A stretch of DNA of 64,000 nucleotides from Bacteroidota bacterium. Its GTDB lineage: Bacteria > Bacteroidota > Bacteroidia > JACCXN01. The position numbers were made by a program, and so were the translations under genes. The stretch is taken from contig JACCXN010000009.1 of the NCBI GenBank assembly GCA_013696965.1, forward strand, positions 6,751-70,750, in the 5' to 3' direction. The notes beneath the pieces were generated by a model. That model was not told the DNA's origin. It was given only the letters and a program-made list of their open reading frames with translations, and did not search any database. Shown here in pieces: positions 27,036 to 37,525 of the stretch. Numbering within the stretch: position 1 is the first letter of the stretch; the number at the start of each line of letters is the position of its first letter.

Positions 27036-28364
27036 CTATTTCCTTTTAATTATTTCTTCCTCTTCAATTTTCAATACCACAGGGTCGCCTTCTTTAAGGG
27101 TTTTGGAAACCAAAGAATAGGGACCGGTTATTATTTGTTCACCGGCATTGATTCCAGAAACAATTTGAATGAATTTATTATCCTGAATACCAATTTTAAC
27201 TTTTTTCATTACAGCTTTATCATTTTCCATCACAAATACACATTCCTGCATTACCGGGTCCACTTTAGCACTGTTGCCTGCTTTTGTTTTTTCTAAACTT
27301 GTGGCAGCAGTATCCTCCCTGGTAGTTACCGCCTGTATAGGTACGCTAATAACATCATATTCGGTTTTGGTTTGTATTTCAACCGTTGCAGACATTCCTG
27401 GTCGAAAAGGAGAAAGATGTGGCTTGTCTTCAAGAATTAAATCTGAATAGGAAGAGCGTAGGATCCTTATCCTTACTTCAAAATTAGTAACCTGGTCTGC
27501 ACTTAAACCAAAAGTTTTAGCTGAGTTGGCAATCTGAGTGACTATCCCTTTAAATTTCCTGTCTTTATACGCATCAACTTCAATAATAGAAGTATCTCCA
27601 ACCATAATCCTAACAATATCATTCTCGTTAACATCCACCTTCACCTCCATTTCTTTCAAATTTGCAATGCGCATCATCTCTGTACCTGCCATTTGTAAAG
27701 TTCCTACCACCCTTTCGCCCTGCTCAACATTAAGCATGGAAACGGTACCATCCACCGGGGCGAAAATAGTTGTTTTAAGCAAATTGTCACTTGCTTCTTT
27801 TACAGAAGCCTCTGCACTTTTCACATTATATTGGGCTGCAATAATACTTTGGTCAGCAGACTCTACTTCTGCTCTTGCAACCTCATAGGCTGATTTTGCC
27901 GCATCAAATTCAGATTCAGAAATTGCCCCGTCCTTAAATAAAGATTGATTTCTTTTGAAGATGGCCTCAGAATTTAAAAACTGGGCATTTGCCTGTGATA
28001 ATCTTGCTTTTGAATTTGCAAGATTAGCTTTAGTTGTATTTAAAGCCGCAACCATTCTTTCCCGCATGGAGAGATAGATATCAGGATTTATTTTTGCCAA
28101 AAGTGTTCCTTGTTTTACTTCCTGGCCTTCCTTTATCAAAAGTTGAACTATTTCACCAGAAACATCAGGACTAATTTTTACCTCAACCTCGGGCTGTACC
28201 TTTCCATTTGCTGAAACAGTTTCGATAATTATTTTTCGCTCGGATAATTCCATGACCACTGATTCTGCCTCATTTGTCATTTGTTGATTAACTATAACTC
28301 CAACAAATAAAACAACTCCTGCAATAAGAAAATACCAGTAAGTTTTAATTTTTTTTCCTGCCAT
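27036..28364 (-). CDS. Efflux periplasmic adaptor (HlyD/MacA-family membrane fusion protein).
   Basis: N-terminal TM anchor, long coiled-coil hairpin (…LANSKARLSQANAQFLNSEAIFKRNQSLFKDGAISESEFDAAKSAYEVARAEVESAD…), beta-barrel C-terminal domain. Confidence 0.85.
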   Translation of the reverse strand: MAGKKIKTYWYFLIAGVVLFVGVIVNQQMTNEAESVVMELSERKIIIETVSANGKVQPEVEVKISPDVSGEIVQLLIKEGQEVKQGTLLAKINPDIYLSMRERMVAALNTTKANLANSKARLSQANAQFLNSEAIFKRNQSLFKDGAISESEFDAAKSAYEVARAEVESADQSIIAAQYNVKSAEASVKEASDNLLKTTIFAPVDGTVSMLNVEQGERVVGTLQMAGTEMMRIANLKEMEVKVDVNENDIVRIMVGDTSIIEVDAYKDRKFKGIVTQIANSAKTFGLSADQVTNFEVRIRILRSSYSDLILEDKPHLSPFRPGMSATVEIQTKTEYDVISVPIQAVTTREDTAATSLEKTKAGNSAKVDPVMQECVFVMENDKAVMKKVKIGIQDNKFIQIVSGINAGEQIITGPYSLVSKTLKEGDPVVLKIEEEEIIKRK

Positions 28365-28378
28365 AACTCTATTCTTTT

Positions 28379-29815
28379 TTATTCTAATACCAAAGGTTTT
28401 CCCTGGTAAAAATCCAGTACTTTCAACTTAAAAATATAATCGTACTTGGCCTGAAGCAAATTGGATTCAGCATTCACCAAACGATTTTTAGCATTGTTGT
28501 ATTCAATCGCATTTAACATTCCCACATTAAAACGTTGTTCAGCATATTTAAAAGATTCCTTAAGTGCTTCCATTGATCGTGCAGTTGCATGGTGTTTTTT
28601 CAATGCAGCCACTGCATCGGCATGGGCCTGTGTCACTGTTCTGCTTAGTTGCAATTCGGCAAGTTCTAAATTATATTGAGCATTGTAACGTGCAATTTTT
28701 GCTCTTGAAACAGCCGAGCGAGTTTGAAGTCCGTTAAATATTGGAATAGTCATGAAAAAACCAATTGATTTGTTGTAATTCTCATTAATTTGATCATTAA
28801 AAGGAATTGGCTCAAAAACAGGGTTGAATGCAGGAGTAACAACAAGTTCCTGGGTGTTTGCCGTATAACCTATGGTTTGAAAACCATCCGGTTCAGCTCC
28901 AATCAGCCGCTGTCTTAATCCTGAATAACCTGTTCCTAAAGCTCCATTTACAAATATTCTTGGGCTTATTCCACCTTTTGCAATTGCAACTCCCTTATCT
29001 GAACTTCTAACTCGGGCTTGTGCACTTTTAATTTCAGGCATTTCCTTTGCAGCATAGGTAAAAATAGTCTCTGGACTAGCAGTTAATATGTCTCCAACAG
29101 GAAGTTGCAGAATAGGTCTTACTATATTTAATTCCTTATCAAGCGGCAAGGCTAAAAAATGCCTGAGTGACAAGTAGGCCATATCCAATTGATTTTGAGA
29201 ATTTACAAGGTTCAATTCTTCGGTAGCTAATTGTGCTTCCACTTCCAGAAGACTTCCCCTGGCAAGAGTTCCGGCCTCAACAAGCCTGGTGGTTCGCTTT
29301 ACCTGCTGTGTTGTAATGTCAACCTGATTAATTGCAATTTGCATTAATTCCTCACTAAATAATATCTGCAAATAAGCAGTGGCAATGCTAAGAGAAATAT
29401 CGTTTTTTATTCTTTCTGAATCATACTTGTTTGCCTGGTATTCAAGCTGTCCCTGCTTTATGCTATTTACGTTTTGAAAGCCACTAAACAAATTCAATCC
29501 TCCGGTTAAGGAAAAATTATTCGAACGAATCATGTCATCCGCAAATTGATTTGTAAAGGGATCAATGGTGCGTCCAAAATTATATGAATGTGATGCATTT
29601 CCATTTACACTTGGAAGGGAATTAGCTCTGTTTTGCCATGAATTTACATTGGCCAATTCAATGTTCAAATTAGCCTGCTTTACCTGTATGTTATGTTCAA
29701 GAGCATAATCAATGCATTGTTTCAAATTCCATTTCTCCTGTGAAAAAGAAATGATTGTTGTAAAGGATAAGAGCAACGAAAGCCAAATAGTGCTGTTTTT
29801 CTTAATCAGGTTCAT
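28379..29815 (-). CDS. TolC-family outer-membrane efflux channel.
   Basis: Signal peptide, two tandem coiled-coil/beta repeats typical of OEP/TolC (…ANKYDSERIKNDISLSIATAYLQI…, …NLELAELQLSRTVTQAHADAVAAL…); 478 aa, 14 nt upstream of the adaptor gene. Confidence 0.85.
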   Translation of the reverse strand: MNLIKKNSTIWLSLLLSFTTIISFSQEKWNLKQCIDYALEHNIQVKQANLNIELANVNSWQNRANSLPSVNGNASHSYNFGRTIDPFTNQFADDMIRSNNFSLTGGLNLFSGFQNVNSIKQGQLEYQANKYDSERIKNDISLSIATAYLQILFSEELMQIAINQVDITTQQVKRTTRLVEAGTLARGSLLEVEAQLATEELNLVNSQNQLDMAYLSLRHFLALPLDKELNIVRPILQLPVGDILTASPETIFTYAAKEMPEIKSAQARVRSSDKGVAIAKGGISPRIFVNGALGTGYSGLRQRLIGAEPDGFQTIGYTANTQELVVTPAFNPVFEPIPFNDQINENYNKSIGFFMTIPIFNGLQTRSAVSRAKIARYNAQYNLELAELQLSRTVTQAHADAVAALKKHHATARSMEALKESFKYAEQRFNVGMLNAIEYNNAKNRLVNAESNLLQAKYDYIFKLKVLDFYQGKPLVLE

Positions 29816-29930
29816 TTATCTTTTGATCTTTTGGAAATAAATAGAATTACAAATGTAAATATACTTAAAGCAAACAATTGTGACCCGGAATACTTAATGA
29901 ACGGATTTAAATGATTATGAATGGCATTAA

Positions 29931-29956
29931 AAAGCCCCGTTAAATAACGGGGCTTT
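29931..29956. terminator. Strong intrinsic-terminator hairpin with an 11-bp stem AAAGCCCCGTT/AACGGGGCTTT, a 4-nt loop, and U-tracts on both strands (5 U on minus, 4 U on plus).
   Basis: The perfect GC-cored inverted repeat is read directly. It lies 315 nt downstream of the PAS-SpoIIE stop (minus strand) and 115 nt upstream of the tolC start. Confidence 0.5.
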
Positions 29957-29991
29957 TCATCCTTTTTAACTCTACAAGTAAACAGTAAAGC

Positions 29992-30033
29992 TTCAGTAGT
30001 CAAAATGAAAATTAATTCATTTTGACTACTGAA
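29992..30033. repeat. 18-bp perfect inverted repeat TTCAGTAGTCAAAATGAA-(AATTAA)-TTCATTTTGACTACTGAA.
   Basis: Read directly, with no mismatch over 18 bp; it sits in a 315-bp non-coding gap. No U-tract follows on either strand, so it is unlikely to be a simple terminator. Confidence 0.6.
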
Positions 30034-30270
30034 AGGTTTGAAATCTGTTTTACTGATAAAGTCTTATCGGAATTAGACATTTGAACCCTCCTTTCTATTT
30101 GTTAGACATAAGATTAGAAGCATGGGTAAATATCTTATAACCTGCTTTCAAACCCTGTAACAACCGTTACTATTATAAAACGCAGTATTTTTATTTTAAT
30201 TTTCAAAAGATTTCTTTTTTTTGAAACAGATTATTAAACGGTTTTATATAACTTCCTTATCTAAAAGTGC

Positions 30271-31422
30271 TCAAATCCCAATTCCAATTATCAAAATATC
30301 ATCGGTTTGCTCCTCCTCCTGTTTCCAATTTGTAAGGGCATAATCAAGAAAGCTTTCCTGCTCATCAGCTTCCATTTCATTAATTGTCAAAAGAAGGTCC
30401 TTAAATCTTTTCCGGTTGAGTTTTTTTCCCTGTTCACCTCCGAATTGATCGGCATAACCATCAGAAAAAAAATAAAAGGAATCATCCTGCTGCAATGGAA
30501 TTTCCACTGACTCAAATGACTTCACAACATCCTGATAAAAACCAATAGGATACCGGTTTCCTTTGACCTCAAGAACTTCTTGATTTCTTACATATAGCAA
30601 GGTTCTGAATGCACCTGAGTAAGTAAGTACTTTCTTGTCGAAATCAAAAACCCCTATTGCTACATCCATCCCATCACTTGTTACAGTTTTACCTGAACGA
30701 TTAATTGCCGTAAACAATTCCTCATCAAGAAAACGTAAAATTTGGGCAGGATCGTTTGTTCCTCTTTTTACTACAATATCCTTTAATAAAGAATTACCAA
30801 TTACTGACATTAAAGCTCCCGGAACTCCATGGCCAGTACAGTCCACGGCAGCAACAAACACTCTGTTTCCTGTTTTATAGTGAAAATAAAAATCACCACT
30901 TACAATGTCTTTTGGATTATAATAAACAAATGCTTTTTTAAAAGAGGCCTTAATGGAATCTATATCAGGCAAAATTGCTTCCTGGATTGTTTGTGCGTAT
31001 TTCAGACTATCCAGTAGTTCAGAGTTTTTCTTTTGCAATTCTCTGTTTTTTTCCTGTATCCTTTCTTCGGCAATTTTTCTTTCGGTAATATCATAACCAA
31101 TGCCAATAACGCTATTATCTGGGCCTTTGGATGGGCTCCACAATATCCAGCGTTTTTCTCCCCTTGCAGTTTTGAATTCTCTTTCAAAAGGAGCAGGTAG
31201 AACCTCTGACTGAATCATTAATTTCACCTCCTCCTTTACATGAATCATTTCAGCCGCATTTTTCCGGGTTAAATTAAACCAACCCTGGCCATTTAAAATT
31301 TCAGGAGAAACCCCAAGCGCTTTTGAAACAGAAGGACTAACATAATCAAGTTTACCTTGATTGTTAATTACAACAAGGAGTGTATTGAGTTTTTCAAGTA
31401 TTATATCAGATATAACAGTCAT
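30271..31422 (-). CDS. PAS-domain sensor fused to a SpoIIE/PP2C-type serine phosphatase.
   Basis: N-terminal PAS (…LVVINNQGKLDYVSPSVSKALGVSPEILNGQGWFNL…), a linker coiled-coil, and the phosphatase signature IVSGDFYFHY…AAVDCTGHGVPGALMSVIG…FFSDGYADQFGG. Confidence 0.85.
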   Translation of the reverse strand: MTVISDIILEKLNTLLVVINNQGKLDYVSPSVSKALGVSPEILNGQGWFNLTRKNAAEMIHVKEEVKLMIQSEVLPAPFEREFKTARGEKRWILWSPSKGPDNSVIGIGYDITERKIAEERIQEKNRELQKKNSELLDSLKYAQTIQEAILPDIDSIKASFKKAFVYYNPKDIVSGDFYFHYKTGNRVFVAAVDCTGHGVPGALMSVIGNSLLKDIVVKRGTNDPAQILRFLDEELFTAINRSGKTVTSDGMDVAIGVFDFDKKVLTYSGAFRTLLYVRNQEVLEVKGNRYPIGFYQDVVKSFESVEIPLQQDDSFYFFSDGYADQFGGEQGKKLNRKRFKDLLLTINEMEADEQESFLDYALTNWKQEEEQTDDILIIGIGI

Positions 31423-31751
31423 AACAAAAATTATTTAGCCTCTAAAGGCTTTAAAAAAGAAAAAAAAGAGAAAAAAATCGGGATTGCCTTTTAAAGGCGG
31501 TCAATTATTGATGAATGGAACAATAACGCATTCGATTATGCCAGGGGGTTGGCATCGAATTATAATAAATTGCGGTATTGTTTTTCATTTTCATTACTAA
31601 ATCAGGGTGCAATGTTAAAAGAAATTAATCGATTATGCAAATTACCAATAAAGGATTTGTCCTTTAAAATTCCTGGAACTTAATCCCCTAATTATTTATT
31701 ATCCTGTTGAATTCCCACTACAACAGTACTCCTGGAGTTTTTTAGCAATAA

Positions 31752-31786
31752 AAAAAAATGCTGAGTCCATCTATTTTGTCTCAGCT
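31752..31786 (-). terminator. Putative intrinsic terminator of metH: 6-bp GC-rich stem GCTGAG/CTCAGC, 14-nt loop, then A plus nine U on the minus-strand transcript.
   Basis: GCAGCTGAGACAAAATAGATGGACTCAGCATTTTTTTTT read on the minus strand, 28 nt downstream of the metH stop. Confidence 0.5.
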
Positions 31787-31813
31787 GCTTTCAAAAAAAT
31801 CATAATGAATGTA

Positions 31814-34800
31814 TCAATAACTAAGATTGCTACTTAGCCATTTTTCAATTTCAGTTACAGGCATGTTTTTTCTTTTAGAATAATTTTCAACCTGTTCTTT
31901 TGTAATTTTTCCAAGGCCGAAATATTGGGATTCAGGATGAGAAAAATACAAACCAGAAACCGAAGAAACAGGATACATTGCCATGCTTTCTGTAAGATTA
32001 ATCCCTGTTGTTTTCTCTACTTCAAAAAGTTTGAATTGCAATACTTTTTCTGTATGGTCAGGACAGGCAGGATAACCTTGTGCTGGCCTAATTCCCCGGT
32101 AATTTTCTTTAATAATGCTTTCCTTATCCAGCTCTTCATCCTTTGCATAACCCCAAAACTCTTTCCTTACTTTAAGATGCATTAATTCTGCAAAGGCCTC
32201 TGCAAGACGATCGGCAAGAGCTTTTAACAGTATTGAATTGTAATCATCATGATCTTGTTCAAATTGCTGCACCCATTTTTCCATGCCAATACCAGTAGTT
32301 ACAGCAAATCCTCCAATATAATCAGTTACACCGGAATCTTTTGGAGCAATAAAATCAGACAAAGCAAGATTACTATGGCCCTGAGGTTTCAAAGTCTGCT
32401 GCCTAAGGGTATGTAACACTGTTTTAACTTTCCCAGATGGCTCATCATCATAAATAATAATATCATCATTTGTGGAATTAGCAGGATAAAAACCTACTAC
32501 GGCATTGGCTTGTATCCATTTCTCATTAATAATCCTTGAAAGCATCAGCTTTGCATCATTATACAATTTTGTTGCTTCCATTCCTTTTTCAGGATCGCTT
32601 AAAATTTTAGGATAACTTCCCTTCATCTCCCAGGTATGAAAAAATGGAGTCCAGTCAATAAATTCAGCAATTTGATCTAAGGGAAAAGCTTCGAAAAATT
32701 TATTCCCTATAAAAGCAGGTTTTTGTATTTGTGTTTGTTCCCAATTAATTTTAAGTTTATTTCTGCGTGCCTGATCCAAAGAAATGAATTTAACAGCTGA
32801 ATGCGCATTCTTGTTTGCTTCCCTTAATCGTTCATATTCAACATTTGTCTTTTCCAAAAAATCAGCCCTCAAGTGATCAGATAATAAAGTGCTGGCAACA
32901 GTAACACTCCTTGATGCATCGTTTACATGAACAACAGGCAAAGAGTAACAGGGAGCTATTTTAACAGCTGTATGAACCTTTGAAGTAGTTGCCCCGCCAA
33001 TTAACAAAGGCACCTTGAATCCTTGTCTTTGCATTTCTTTGGCAACATGTACCATTTCATCAAGAGATGGAGTAATTAAACCACTCAAACCAATAATATC
33101 AACATTTTCTGCCCTTGCAGCCTCCAGAATTTTTTCGGCAGGAACCATTACCCCCAAATCAATTATTTCGAAATTATTGCAAGCAAGCACCACCCCTACT
33201 ATGTTTTTTCCTATATCATGCACATCCCCTTTCACAGTAGCTAAAAGCACTTTCCCTGCATTTTTTGAAACATCGCTTGCTGATTTTTCTGCCTCAAGAA
33301 AGGGGAGTAAATAAGCCACTGCTTTTTTCATTACCCTGGCGCTTTTTACAACCTGTGGTAAAAACATTTTTCCTGATCCAAACAAATCCCCAACCACATT
33401 CATTCCCTCCATCAAAGGCCCTTCAATAATATGCAAGGACCTGTCAAATTTCTTCCTTGCTTCATCTAAATCTTCTTCAATATAATCTACCACGCCCTTT
33501 ACCAAAGAATGTGTGAACCTTTCTTGCAAATCAAGTTTTCTCCAGGACAAATCCTTTTCTATCTTTTTTCCTTCTCCTTTTAGCGTTTCTGCATAGGTAA
33601 CCAGCGTTTCTGTTGCATCCTCTTTTCGGTTCAATAAAACATCTTCTACTAGTTCAAGTAATTCTTTTGGAACCTGGTCATAAACCTGCAACATTCCAGG
33701 ATTTACTATTCCCATATCCATTCCCGCTTTAATTGCATGATAAAGAAAAGCAGAATGAATGGCCTCTCTCATTAAATCATTGCCACGAAACGAAAAAGAA
33801 ACATTACTTACTCCCCCACTTACTTTTGCTAATGGAAGATTCTTCTTTATCCATTTTGTAGCGTTAAAAAAATCAAGTGCATTTAATTTATGTTCATCCA
33901 TTCCTGTTGCAACAGGAAAGATGTTTGGATCAAAAATTATATCCTGGGCAGGAAAGTTAAGTTTATCTACCAAAATAGAATAAGCTCTGCTGCATATTTC
34001 TATTCTTCGCTCGTAGGTATCAGCCTGGCCTTTTTCATCGAAGGCCATTACGATTACTGCTGCTCCGTATCTTTTTACTTTAAGGGCCTGATCAATAAAC
34101 ACTTTCTCTCCCTCTTTCAAACTTATGGAATTAACAATTCCTTTACCCTGTACACATTTCAAACCTGCTTCAATCACATTCCATTTTGAAGAATCAATCA
34201 TAATTGGAAGTTTGGAAATATCAGGTTCTGCAGCAATAAGGTTAAGAAATTTTACCATCGCAGCTTCAGAATCAATCATACCTTCATCCATGTTCACATC
34301 AATAACCTGTGCGCCACCTTCAACCTGGTCTCTGGCAATGGCAAGGGCACCCTCATAATCCCCTGAAGTAATTAATTTAGCGAATTTCCTTGAACCAGTA
34401 ATATTAGTTCTCTCACCTACGTTCATGAAATTGCTTTCCTTTCGCATTGTTACGGGCTCTAATCCACTTAACCTTAACAAAGATTCAATAGCAGGTACAA
34501 TCCGGGGCTTACCTTTAGCAGCAGCTTCAGCAATATGCCTGATGTGATCAGGAGTTGTTCCGCAGCAGCCTCCCACAATGTTTACAAATCCACTTGAAAT
34601 AAAATCATGAATATGCCCGCACATATCAGAAGGAGATTGGTCATACTCACCAAATTGATTTGGCAATCCGGCATTTGGATATGCACTGATATAAAATGGT
34701 GATTTTTGTGAAAGCTCTTCAATATAAGGGCGCATATCAGCTGCTCCAAGTGCACAATTCAATCCTATACTAAGCAAACCTAAATGAGATACTGAATTAA

Positions 34801-35479
34801 TAAAAGCCTCAACTGTTTGTCCGGACAATGTTCTTCCACTGGCATCTGTTATAGTTCCAGAAACCATTACAGGAAGTCTCTTTCCACAAAATTCGAAATA
34901 GCTATCAAGGGCATAAAGGGCTGCTTTGCAATTCAGGGTGTCAAAAACAGTTTCTATCAAAACTAAATCTACCCCTCCCTCTATTAGTCCTTTGGCTTGA
35001 ACAGTATATGCATCAACCAATTCATCAAATGTAACTGCACGATATCCCGGATCATTTACATCAGGAGACATAGAGGCTGTGCGATTAGTGGGGCCAATAG
35101 CCCCAGCTACAAAACGTGGTTTATCTGGATTTAACAGTGTAAATTCTACTGCTGCCTTTTTTGCTATAACTGCAGAATTAAAATTAAGTTCATAAGCAAG
35201 TTCTTGCATATCATAATCTGCAAGGGAAATAACATTGGCATTAAAAGTATTGGTTTCAATAATATCTGCCCCGGCATTAAGATATGCTTTGTGGATGGCC
35301 TCTATAATTTCGGGTTGGGTGAGTGATAAAAGATCATTATTACCTTTAATATCTTTATGAAAATTTTTAAATCTTTCTCCACGGTAATCTTGTTCTGTTA
35401 ACCTGTAATCCTGAATCATGGTACCCATTGCACCATCAATTACAAGTATCCTTTTTTCTAATTCTTTATTTATATTCAC
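31814..35479 (-). CDS. metH: Cobalamin-dependent methionine synthase with all modules: Hcy-binding, pterin-binding, B12-binding and AdoMet activation.
   Basis: N-terminus [25 protein letters not shown]…; cobalamin-binding DxHxxG region (…[15 protein letters not shown]…); 1221 aa. Confidence 0.95.
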   Translation of the reverse strand: MNINKELEKRILVIDGAMGTMIQDYRLTEQDYRGERFKNFHKDIKGNNDLLSLTQPEIIEAIHKAYLNAGADIIETNTFNANVISLADYDMQELAYELNFNSAVIAKKAAVEFTLLNPDKPRFVAGAIGPTNRTASMSPDVNDPGYRAVTFDELVDAYTVQAKGLIEGGVDLVLIETVFDTLNCKAALYALDSYFEFCGKRLPVMVSGTITDASGRTLSGQTVEAFINSVSHLGLLSIGLNCALGAADMRPYIEELSQKSPFYISAYPNAGLPNQFGEYDQSPSDMCGHIHDFISSGFVNIVGGCCGTTPDHIRHIAEAAAKGKPRIVPAIESLLRLSGLEPVTMRKESNFMNVGERTNITGSRKFAKLITSGDYEGALAIARDQVEGGAQVIDVNMDEGMIDSEAAMVKFLNLIAAEPDISKLPIMIDSSKWNVIEAGLKCVQGKGIVNSISLKEGEKVFIDQALKVKRYGAAVIVMAFDEKGQADTYERRIEICSRAYSILVDKLNFPAQDIIFDPNIFPVATGMDEHKLNALDFFNATKWIKKNLPLAKVSGGVSNVSFSFRGNDLMREAIHSAFLYHAIKAGMDMGIVNPGMLQVYDQVPKELLELVEDVLLNRKEDATETLVTYAETLKGEGKKIEKDLSWRKLDLQERFTHSLVKGVVDYIEEDLDEARKKFDRSLHIIEGPLMEGMNVVGDLFGSGKMFLPQVVKSARVMKKAVAYLLPFLEAEKSASDVSKNAGKVLLATVKGDVHDIGKNIVGVVLACNNFEIIDLGVMVPAEKILEAARAENVDIIGLSGLITPSLDEMVHVAKEMQRQGFKVPLLIGGATTSKVHTAVKIAPCYSLPVVHVNDASRSVTVASTLLSDHLRADFLEKTNVEYERLREANKNAHSAVKFISLDQARRNKLKINWEQTQIQKPAFIGNKFFEAFPLDQIAEFIDWTPFFHTWEMKGSYPKILSDPEKGMEATKLYNDAKLMLSRIINEKWIQANAVVGFYPANSTNDDIIIYDDEPSGKVKTVLHTLRQQTLKPQGHSNLALSDFIAPKDSGVTDYIGGFAVTTGIGMEKWVQQFEQDHDDYNSILLKALADRLAEAFAELMHLKVRKEFWGYAKDEELDKESIIKENYRGIRPAQGYPACPDHTEKVLQFKLFEVEKTTGINLTESMAMYPVSSVSGLYFSHPESQYFGLGKITKEQVENYSKRKNMPVTEIEKWLSSNLSY

Positions 35480-35579
35480 TTTTATACAGTTTTAAAGGTG
35501 CAAATAAAATTGCCATGGAATAATTTAAGGGCGGTATTTGAACCTGAAATTATAATGCTTGGGGAAGAAACATCTTAAA

Positions 35580-35858
35580 TTAAAAAAGTTTAAATCCTGA
35601 AGCCTTAAACTTCATAAACTTCTCATTTATTTTATCCTTAAAAAACAGGTAAAACATTCCCATTAACAGCAAATACGGAACAGCCATTAAATAAAGTATG
35701 CCGGTATTCAAACCTTTTCCCACATTATTGGATTCATTTTCAATATTTGAGGTTGCTACTGCTTTACACATGGCGCACTGCCCAAAAACTGAATCCTGCT
35801 CAAGAACCAGGATCAAAAGCAGGATAAGGGGAAGAAAAAATTTCAATAGCTTTTGCAT
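35580..35858 (-). CDS. Hypothetical small membrane protein with a CxxC pair.
   Basis: 92-aa ORF with an N-terminal hydrophobic segment, CAMCK, and a second TM helix; it lies between metH and the oxidase-accessory cluster. Weak. Confidence 0.3.
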   Translation of the reverse strand: MQKLLKFFLPLILLLILVLEQDSVFGQCAMCKAVATSNIENESNNVGKGLNTGILYLMAVPYLLLMGMFYLFFKDKINEKFMKFKASGFKLF

Positions 35859-35880
35859 AAATCAAAATTAATAAAAGCGA

Positions 35881-36408
35881 TTAATAATAAGGGGCTATCA
35901 TTAAATAAACAATTACACCTGTAATTGAAACATAAAGCCAAAGGGGCAATGTCCAACGGGCAATTTTTTTGTGCTTGTCAAACTTTTCCATTAGAGCCCT
36001 TGAATAAGTTAGCAATACCAATGGCACTATTAAGGCGGCAAGTACAATATGAGTAAGCAGGAAAAAGTAGTATACATTTCTTATCATTCCAACTCCGCCA
36101 AAAATAGCTGGCTCAGCCGTTGCATGATAAGCAATATACAGAAGTAAAAATAATACCGAGAGAAAAAAAGCTGCATACATGAGTTTTTTATGACGGTCTA
36201 TGTTTTTGTTTTTTATAGCCACAAATGCAAGAATCAAAACAAGGGCTGTTAATGCATTTATAACTGCATTGATTGCTGGAAGAATTGTAATTCTTCCACC
36301 TAAATCAGCTTTAGGAGCAAAAAACAAAATTGCTACGGCAAGGGGAATAACAATTGAAACTGCAATTATCAAAGGCAACAATGATTTTTCTTTTATGACA
36401 ATATTCAT
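35881..36408 (-). CDS. DUF420-family membrane protein, commonly associated with cytochrome oxidase and SCO.
   Basis: Four-TM, 175-aa protein overlapping the SCO gene by 4 bp. Family assignment rests on gene context and size plus my recollection of DUF420. Confidence 0.5.
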   Translation of the reverse strand: MNIVIKEKSLLPLIIAVSIVIPLAVAILFFAPKADLGGRITILPAINAVINALTALVLILAFVAIKNKNIDRHKKLMYAAFFLSVLFLLLYIAYHATAEPAIFGGVGMIRNVYYFFLLTHIVLAALIVPLVLLTYSRALMEKFDKHKKIARWTLPLWLYVSITGVIVYLMIAPYY

Positions 36409-37112
36409 TTTTCTTTTTTCTTAGATTTTTTTGGAACCATTTCCTCAGCAATAAGCACTTTTATGGCATCAATCAATTTGTTTATTTCTGTAAGACTTGT
36501 GCCATCATAGAATCCTCTTATTCTTTTTTTCTTATCAATCAAAACAAAAAGTTCCGAATGCAGAAACCCACCAGGAGCTAGTACATCCTCTTCTGCACTA
36601 ACTAAATAGCTATAAACTCCTTGCTTGTATATCTCATCTTTATTGCCGGTTACAAAATGCCAGTTTTCCCCTGCATGTGCTTGTTGAGCATAAGCTGCCA
36701 GAGCTTCAACAGTGTCTTTTTCTGGGTCAACTGTATGCGAAAGAAACATTACCTGTGGAAAATCTTTTAGCTTTTCCTGAACCCTTAGCATTCCTGCGGT
36801 CATTTTAGGACAAATACCTGGGCAAGTGGTGAAAAAGAAATCGGCTACATAAATTTTATCTTCGAAATTCTTTTGCGTAACTATATCACCATGCTGATTA
36901 ACAAAAGCGAAATCCTTAACAGTATGATATATTGTATCAACTACTTGCTTTCCATCAACCACGCTTATTTCAACATCCTTTTCACCATAAAAAGGAAGGG
37001 AAAGCATATTGTGCTTTCCCAAAGTAAGAATAAAGTAAACTGATGCAGGTAAAAGCAGCAGAACTACTAAAAAAATGGTTTTTAAATACCTGTTCCTTTT
37101 ATTTTCTGACAT
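36405..37112 (-). CDS. SCO1/SenC-family copper chaperone (thioredoxin fold).
   Basis: CPGICP metal-binding motif (…FFFTTCPGICPKMT…), N-terminal TM anchor, 235 aa. Confidence 0.85.
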   Translation of the reverse strand: MSENKRNRYLKTIFLVVLLLLPASVYFILTLGKHNMLSLPFYGEKDVEISVVDGKQVVDTIYHTVKDFAFVNQHGDIVTQKNFEDKIYVADFFFTTCPGICPKMTAGMLRVQEKLKDFPQVMFLSHTVDPEKDTVEALAAYAQQAHAGENWHFVTGNKDEIYKQGVYSYLVSAEEDVLAPGGFLHSELFVLIDKKKRIRGFYDGTSLTEINKLIDAIKVLIAEEMVPKKSKKKEK

Positions 37113-37118
37113 TTCAAA

Positions 37119-37487
37119 TTACCATCCAAACAATTTGTCGATTTGAAAAATATAAGTCGCCTCGATAAGTGAAATAAATATCAGATAAAAGATAAAGAAT
37201 AAAAATGGTCCCAGGATAGTAATCCGTAGCGATTTAACCTCATCACCAAGATGCATGTATGACATTACTATATAACCTGCTTTTACAAGAGTAAGTGTAA
37301 TAAAGGTAACAAATAGAAATGTTTTCATTCCTGGATCTCTGGAGAACATTAAACCAAGTGTAACCTCAACAATAGTTACAATTAGCAGTATCCAGAATAT
37401 CTGCCATATTTTTTTTCTTTTTTTAACACCTTCCTCTTCTGAATGATGTGCATCCAATGAGTATTCAATTATGTCATCTCTCTTCAT
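37119..37487 (-). CDS. Cytochrome c oxidase subunit IV-family small membrane protein (caa3-type CoxD-like).
   Basis: 122 aa with three TM helices, immediately downstream of the subunit III genes. Confidence 0.5.
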   Translation of the reverse strand: MKRDDIIEYSLDAHHSEEEGVKKRKKIWQIFWILLIVTIVEVTLGLMFSRDPGMKTFLFVTFITLTLVKAGYIVMSYMHLGDEVKSLRITILGPFLFFIFYLIFISLIEATYIFQIDKLFGW

Positions 37488-37525
37488 TTGACTATTTTAT
37501 TTGTTAACGTGTGTTTATGTTTTTA

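Noticed and set aside
31925-34358. Multiple 60-100-aa ORFs antisense to metH; similar short antisense ORFs inside sprA, the 1053-aa cargo gene, maeB and others
   Set aside because: All lie wholly inside long, motif-supported genes on the opposite strand. They are typical antisense open frames in AT-rich DNA.
35480-35579. Possible cobalamin or SAM riboswitch in the metH leader
   Set aside because: The leader is only 100 nt long, and I could see no B12-box or SAM-I conserved core. B12-dependent metH genes are not normally riboswitch-controlled.
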